Of a stretch of DNA of 60,701 nucleotides, positions 56,760-60,701 are shown piece by piece (the first letter of the stretch is position 1; every line of letters begins with the position of its first letter). The notes below the pieces were generated by a model. The model was given only the letters and a program-made list of their open reading frames with translations. It ran no database searches and was not told where the DNA came from. The stretch lies in NCBI GenBank assembly GCA_024278765.1, contig JAJRSM010000007.1, positions 1-60,701 on the forward strand. The letters run 5' to 3'. The position numbers were made by a program, and so were the translations under genes. Source of the DNA: Deltaproteobacteria bacterium. GTDB lineage: Bacteria; Desulfobacterota; GWC2-55-46; DRQE01.

Positions 56760-57755
56760 ATGGCAAGAGCGGATTTATTAATTCAACTCATTCAAACTGG
56801 ACTCCATAACGATTGGACTCGCTTTCGGAAAGTTATAGAGTCGATTATTGCCGAGGAACGTTCAAAGCAACACAAGGTGCTCGCTGGGAATTTAGAGGAC
56901 TTACTGCATAACACATCATCGGAGCCACCGCGTACCAACGGACCTATTGTTACCAATCAACGAGTGGAGAATCTTGTTCAGGAGGTCACTCCGCAACGCA
57001 AAATAGATGACCTGATCCTACCTATCGAAGTTCGACAGATCAGTCATGAACTAATACAGGAACACCGCCGTTGCGATTTATTGCGGTCGTACAACTTGGA
57101 GCCGCGTAATCGCGTGCTTCTGATCGGACCGCCTGGCAACGGAAAGACATCTCTTGCGGAAGCTATCGCTGAAGCACTTTTATTGCCGATGTTTGTCGTT
57201 CGTTATGACAGCGTTGTTGGAACCTATCTTGGTGAGACGGCAAACCGGCTCAGGCGACTCATTGATTATGCATCTACACGCAACTGCGTGCTCTTTTTCG
57301 ACGAGTTTGAGACCCTCGGCAAGGAGCGGGGAGATACGCATGAAACGGGTGAGATCAAACGCGTAGTCAGCTCGCTGCTTATGCAAATTGACACGCTACC
57401 CAGCCATGTGGTTGTTATAGGTGCGACCAATCATCCTGAGTTATTGGATCGTGCGGTGTGGCGACGTTTTCAAGTTCGTATGACATTGCCAGAACCCACC
57501 CGCGCACATTTGGCAAAATGGTTTAAAAAATTTGAAGAAAGGATCAATATTCCGCTTGGCTATGCCCCGGAAACACTAGCCAAGAAACTTCACGGAGTCA
57601 ATTTTAGTGAAGCAGAAGTATTTGGAGCCACTGTTTTTCGACAGTATGTTTTAGAGCAACCGGATTCCAATATGAAATCGATTGTTGGACGCACGTTGAA
57701 ATTATGGAATGCCATGTCGGTCAAAACAAAACAGCAGAATGGAGATAATGACTAA
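56760..57755 (+). CDS. ietA: IetA-like AAA+ ATPase
   Basis: GPPGNGKT, YLGET, FFDEFE, GEIKRVV, ATNH..LLD.AVWRRF; TAATG overlap with the S8 gene. Confidence 0.85.
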   Translation: MARADLLIQLIQTGLHNDWTRFRKVIESIIAEERSKQHKVLAGNLEDLLHNTSSEPPRTNGPIVTNQRVENLVQEVTPQRKIDDLILPIEVRQISHELIQEHRRCDLLRSYNLEPRNRVLLIGPPGNGKTSLAEAIAEALLLPMFVVRYDSVVGTYLGETANRLRRLIDYASTRNCVLFFDEFETLGKERGDTHETGEIKRVVSSLLMQIDTLPSHVVVIGATNHPELLDRAVWRRFQVRMTLPEPTRAHLAKWFKKFEERINIPLGYAPETLAKKLHGVNFSEAEVFGATVFRQYVLEQPDSNMKSIVGRTLKLWNAMSVKTKQQNGDND

Positions 57756-60337
57756 TGCCCAATCGACCATTATTGTTGTTCCCTACGCCAGAGAGTGTAG
57801 AGCGCACCAAACGACGGTCAGGGGCAGGAGGAATTCATAGGCCAACACATACACGGCAAGGGGAACGTTTATCACCTCTCTTTGCGCAGCTTCAGACTGC
57901 TTTTGACGAAAGGCGTGTTGAAGTGCAGCCAACCACGGCTGGAATTGATCCCGAGCAGGCCGTGGTTATCGAAACGATTGGCAGCATCGAAAATTTTGCC
58001 AATGCGGTCAAGCGAATTAATGGGCTTGAGTGGATGGGTGAAATCGAGGTTGATGAAATTGCACCTGATACTGATTTCTATGATGAAGATAAACCAGAGA
58101 AAGAATTAACAGGTCGGCTATACCTGGTTATGACAAACCAGGAAGCTCTTAATCAGATGCTTTATTTGTGGTCTCGCTATCAAACCGATCCAGAGATGAA
58201 GTTTCAGCGTGGTCTCACAAAGTTTCGTGATGTATTCCTTTGCCTGAAGAATATTCGACGTTGGGGTGTGCAGGATCGCCTGAAAGAGACAGGCGTGTTG
58301 GATGTTTGGCGCGAGGATTTAGCATATGACAACAATCAGGTGGTTTGTGTCGAAGTAGAACTATGGTTTCGTGGTTCAGAAGACAAACGCCAAGCTACCC
58401 AACAGTATGTCACTGAACTCATTAGTCGATTAGGAGGACAGGTTACAGGCCAATGTATCATACATGAGATTACTTACCACTCTCTTTTGGCTGAAGTGCC
58501 CGCTAACGCCGCACAGCGTATAATTGAGCATCCCGACGTGGATTTGATCCAATGCGATAGCGTTATGTTTTTTAGGCCGGTTGGGCAAATGGCGACCGGT
58601 AAAAAACCTGTTGAGGGTAACTTGATGGATTCCGAGTACGAAGAGCGGCCGCTTCCTGTGGGTGCCCCGATCATTGCCATCCTCGACGGCTTGCCCCTGA
58701 CAAACCATAACCTGCTTGCTGATCGACTGATCATTGACGACCCGGATGACTATGCCTCGCAATATAGCGTGGCAGAACGAGTACATGGTAGTTCAATGAG
58801 TTCGCTTGTGGTACACGGGGATTTAAGTTGTGATGAGCAACCTCTTACCCGACCTGTATATGTTCGTCCGATCATGAAGCCCATACAATGGCTTAGTTCG
58901 CCACGCCCGGAAGGAATTCCTAAGGATGTGCTTGTTGTTGACCTTATTCATCGTGCTGTTCGTCGCATGTTTGATGGCGATGGCACCGGCGGAGCGGCAG
59001 CTCCTAGTATAAAAGTAATCAACCTGTCTATCGCTGATCCCTGCAGACAATTTTCTCAAGTCATGAGTCCACTTGCGCGTTTATTGGACTGGTTGAGCGT
59101 GAAGCACGAAACACTCTTTGTCATCAGTGTGGGTAATGCATCCCCCGACATTAAAACCGATATGTCGAAAAATGATTTGAGTAGTCTTTCTGATAACGAC
59201 CGTGAAAAAATGATAGTAAAAAAGCTGTATGAAAACATGCGGCATAGAAAACTGTTGTCTCCGGCCGAAAGTATCAATGGTATTACCGTTGGGGCAGTAC
59301 ATGCAGATAGTGCTACTGCACCTCATCCTGACCATTTATTGAACCTATATAAAAATGTTTTACCAAGTCCTATATCTTCATTTGGCAGCGGATACAGGCG
59401 CTCCGTGAAGCCAGACCTTGTTTTCCCCGGTGGCAGGTTACTCTATGAAAAACCTGTGGGAACAACTGAAAAAACTGTTTTAACGGCAAATTATTTTCTG
59501 GGAGCACCTGGAATTAAAGTTGCCTCGCCCAGTAACGTCGCTGGTGATCTAAACAAAACAGCATACTCTTGTGGAACCAGCAACTCCGCTGCTCTGATTA
59601 GTCGTTCGGCTGGTATCTGTTACGATTCCTTGATTAACATTTTTGAAGATCAAGCCCCTAATCTTGAATATGAACCATTCATGGTGCCATTACTCAAAGC
59701 AATGGTCGTACATGGATGTTCTTGGGATGAAATTGGTCCTCGTCTTCAAACAATCCTTGAAACTCCTGAAAACAGCCGGCAACTAAAAAAGTGGATTACC
59801 CAATGGTTAGGCTATGGCGTGCCGGATGTTACAAAAGTGTTAGATTGCACAGAACAACGGGCGTCGCTTTTGGGGTTTGGTCAGCTCGACGACGAACAGG
59901 CCCACGTATTTAGTCTGCCTCTTCCTATGTCGCTGGGTGCCCGTCGTGAATGGCGAAGATTAACCGTAACCTTGGCGTGGCTATCTCCGGTTGCGACAAA
60001 TACACAACGTTATCGAACTGCGAATTTATGGTTTGAGGTTAATGGCGAAGCATTAGCTTCACAGAGACAGGATGCAGACTGGAATGCTGTGCGACGGGGG
60101 ACTGTTCAGCACGAAGTCTTCGAGGGTGAACGTGCCGTTCCAATCTCAAATGGTGATGTCTTATCTATCAAAGTGAATTGCCGCAAAGACGCTGCTAAGA
60201 TCAATGAACCGGTGTCTTACGGCTTGGTTGTGTCATTAGAGGTTGCTGAAGGTGTCGACATTGCAATCTACGAAGAAGTGCGTACACAAATTGCCGTTCC
60301 GATTCAGATTCAGCAACCTACTGGAGATGGTACTTGA
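57755..60337 (+). CDS. ietS: IetS-like S8 (subtilisin-like) serine protease
   Basis: Triad AILDG, HGSSM, GTSNS; INLS, SVGN, KPDLV, GYGVP; no signal peptide. Confidence 0.85.
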   Translation: MPNRPLLLFPTPESVERTKRRSGAGGIHRPTHTRQGERLSPLFAQLQTAFDERRVEVQPTTAGIDPEQAVVIETIGSIENFANAVKRINGLEWMGEIEVDEIAPDTDFYDEDKPEKELTGRLYLVMTNQEALNQMLYLWSRYQTDPEMKFQRGLTKFRDVFLCLKNIRRWGVQDRLKETGVLDVWREDLAYDNNQVVCVEVELWFRGSEDKRQATQQYVTELISRLGGQVTGQCIIHEITYHSLLAEVPANAAQRIIEHPDVDLIQCDSVMFFRPVGQMATGKKPVEGNLMDSEYEERPLPVGAPIIAILDGLPLTNHNLLADRLIIDDPDDYASQYSVAERVHGSSMSSLVVHGDLSCDEQPLTRPVYVRPIMKPIQWLSSPRPEGIPKDVLVVDLIHRAVRRMFDGDGTGGAAAPSIKVINLSIADPCRQFSQVMSPLARLLDWLSVKHETLFVISVGNASPDIKTDMSKNDLSSLSDNDREKMIVKKLYENMRHRKLLSPAESINGITVGAVHADSATAPHPDHLLNLYKNVLPSPISSFGSGYRRSVKPDLVFPGGRLLYEKPVGTTEKTVLTANYFLGAPGIKVASPSNVAGDLNKTAYSCGTSNSAALISRSAGICYDSLINIFEDQAPNLEYEPFMVPLLKAMVVHGCSWDEIGPRLQTILETPENSRQLKKWITQWLGYGVPDVTKVLDCTEQRASLLGFGQLDDEQAHVFSLPLPMSLGARREWRRLTVTLAWLSPVATNTQRYRTANLWFEVNGEALASQRQDADWNAVRRGTVQHEVFEGERAVPISNGDVLSIKVNCRKDAAKINEPVSYGLVVSLEVAEGVDIAIYEEVRTQIAVPIQIQQPTGDGT

Positions 60338-60562
60338 AGATTAGCAGGTGTACTATGTACGCTGCACTCAGCCTCTTCATCAAATGATTTAATGGATTAT
60401 CTTAAGAAATTATCTCTATAGTTTCCGTAAGTGATGTTCTACCTAGGAATTAAGCCCGCTTCTTTTTTCCACTCATATAGTTCGTAAACTGACAAAAGAA
60501 AGTAAACCGCAAAGAGCGCACTTTGCGCAGTTTGTCATAGCGACCAAAGAATGACTGAGAAT

Positions 60563-60701
60563 TGGACTTCCCTCAGTTTAGTAGACAACTACCCTTTACC
60601 TGATGAAGCCATTTCAAAGTCATGCGGGCTCAGCTGACCGAGGTAGCTGTGACGCCGGGTTTTGTTGTAAAAGACCTCGATGTAATCAAAGAGGTCAGCC
60701 T
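60563..60701 (-). mobile_element. IS3-family element, right end (orfB C-terminus plus IRR), truncated
   Basis: Minus strand ADLFDYIEVFYNKTRRHSYLGQLSPHDFE, stop at 60589-60591; terminal repeat TGGACTTCCCTCAGTTTAGTAGACA at 60563. Confidence 0.9.

Noticed and set aside
1-60701. Composite transposon formed by the two IS3 ends
   Set aside because: The two IRs match at only 18/25 positions and the interior is core housekeeping DNA; contig breaks at IS copies explain it better

Overview
60.7 kb bacterial chromosome segment, mostly minus-strand. Gene content suggests a deltaproteobacterium-like lineage (inference). Both ends are cut by partial IS3-family elements. Left end: a tRNA-Leu 3' remnant, a second copy interrupted in the T-loop, a stand-alone OLD-family ATPase/TOPRIM gene and a dense mosaic of REP-like repeats. 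Core: hemE-hemH-hemG(frameshifted), trmJ, htpX, DUF116, fmt, def, priA, dnaB, rpsF-rpsR-rplI, ychF, hppA, pth, rplY, prs, tRNA-Gln, ispE, with a ~90-bp-period repeat array between rplY and pth. The complex I operon is unusual: nuoA-G, a cNMP-binding gene, nuoH (in-frame TAG), nuoIJK, no canonical nuoL, nuoM, nuoN, then two MrpD-type subunits, the last with a NuoL-type, internally duplicated C-terminal helix. A metal-uptake locus has two predicted outer-membrane barrels, each preceded by a secreted His/Cys-rich ORF ending in RAPP or KPP (candidate arrest peptides), plus cytochrome c, TlpA, a binding protein and a permease with no ATPase. Then come a 63-bp direct-repeat-flanked islet with a frameshifted UDG-like gene, a LeuT-like transporter and a QueG-like Fe-S protein. 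Right end: an island junction (5' half of tRNA-Pro, tRNA-Glu remnant) carrying an IetAS AAA+/S8 pair. All calls come from motif recognition by eye; no searches were run.
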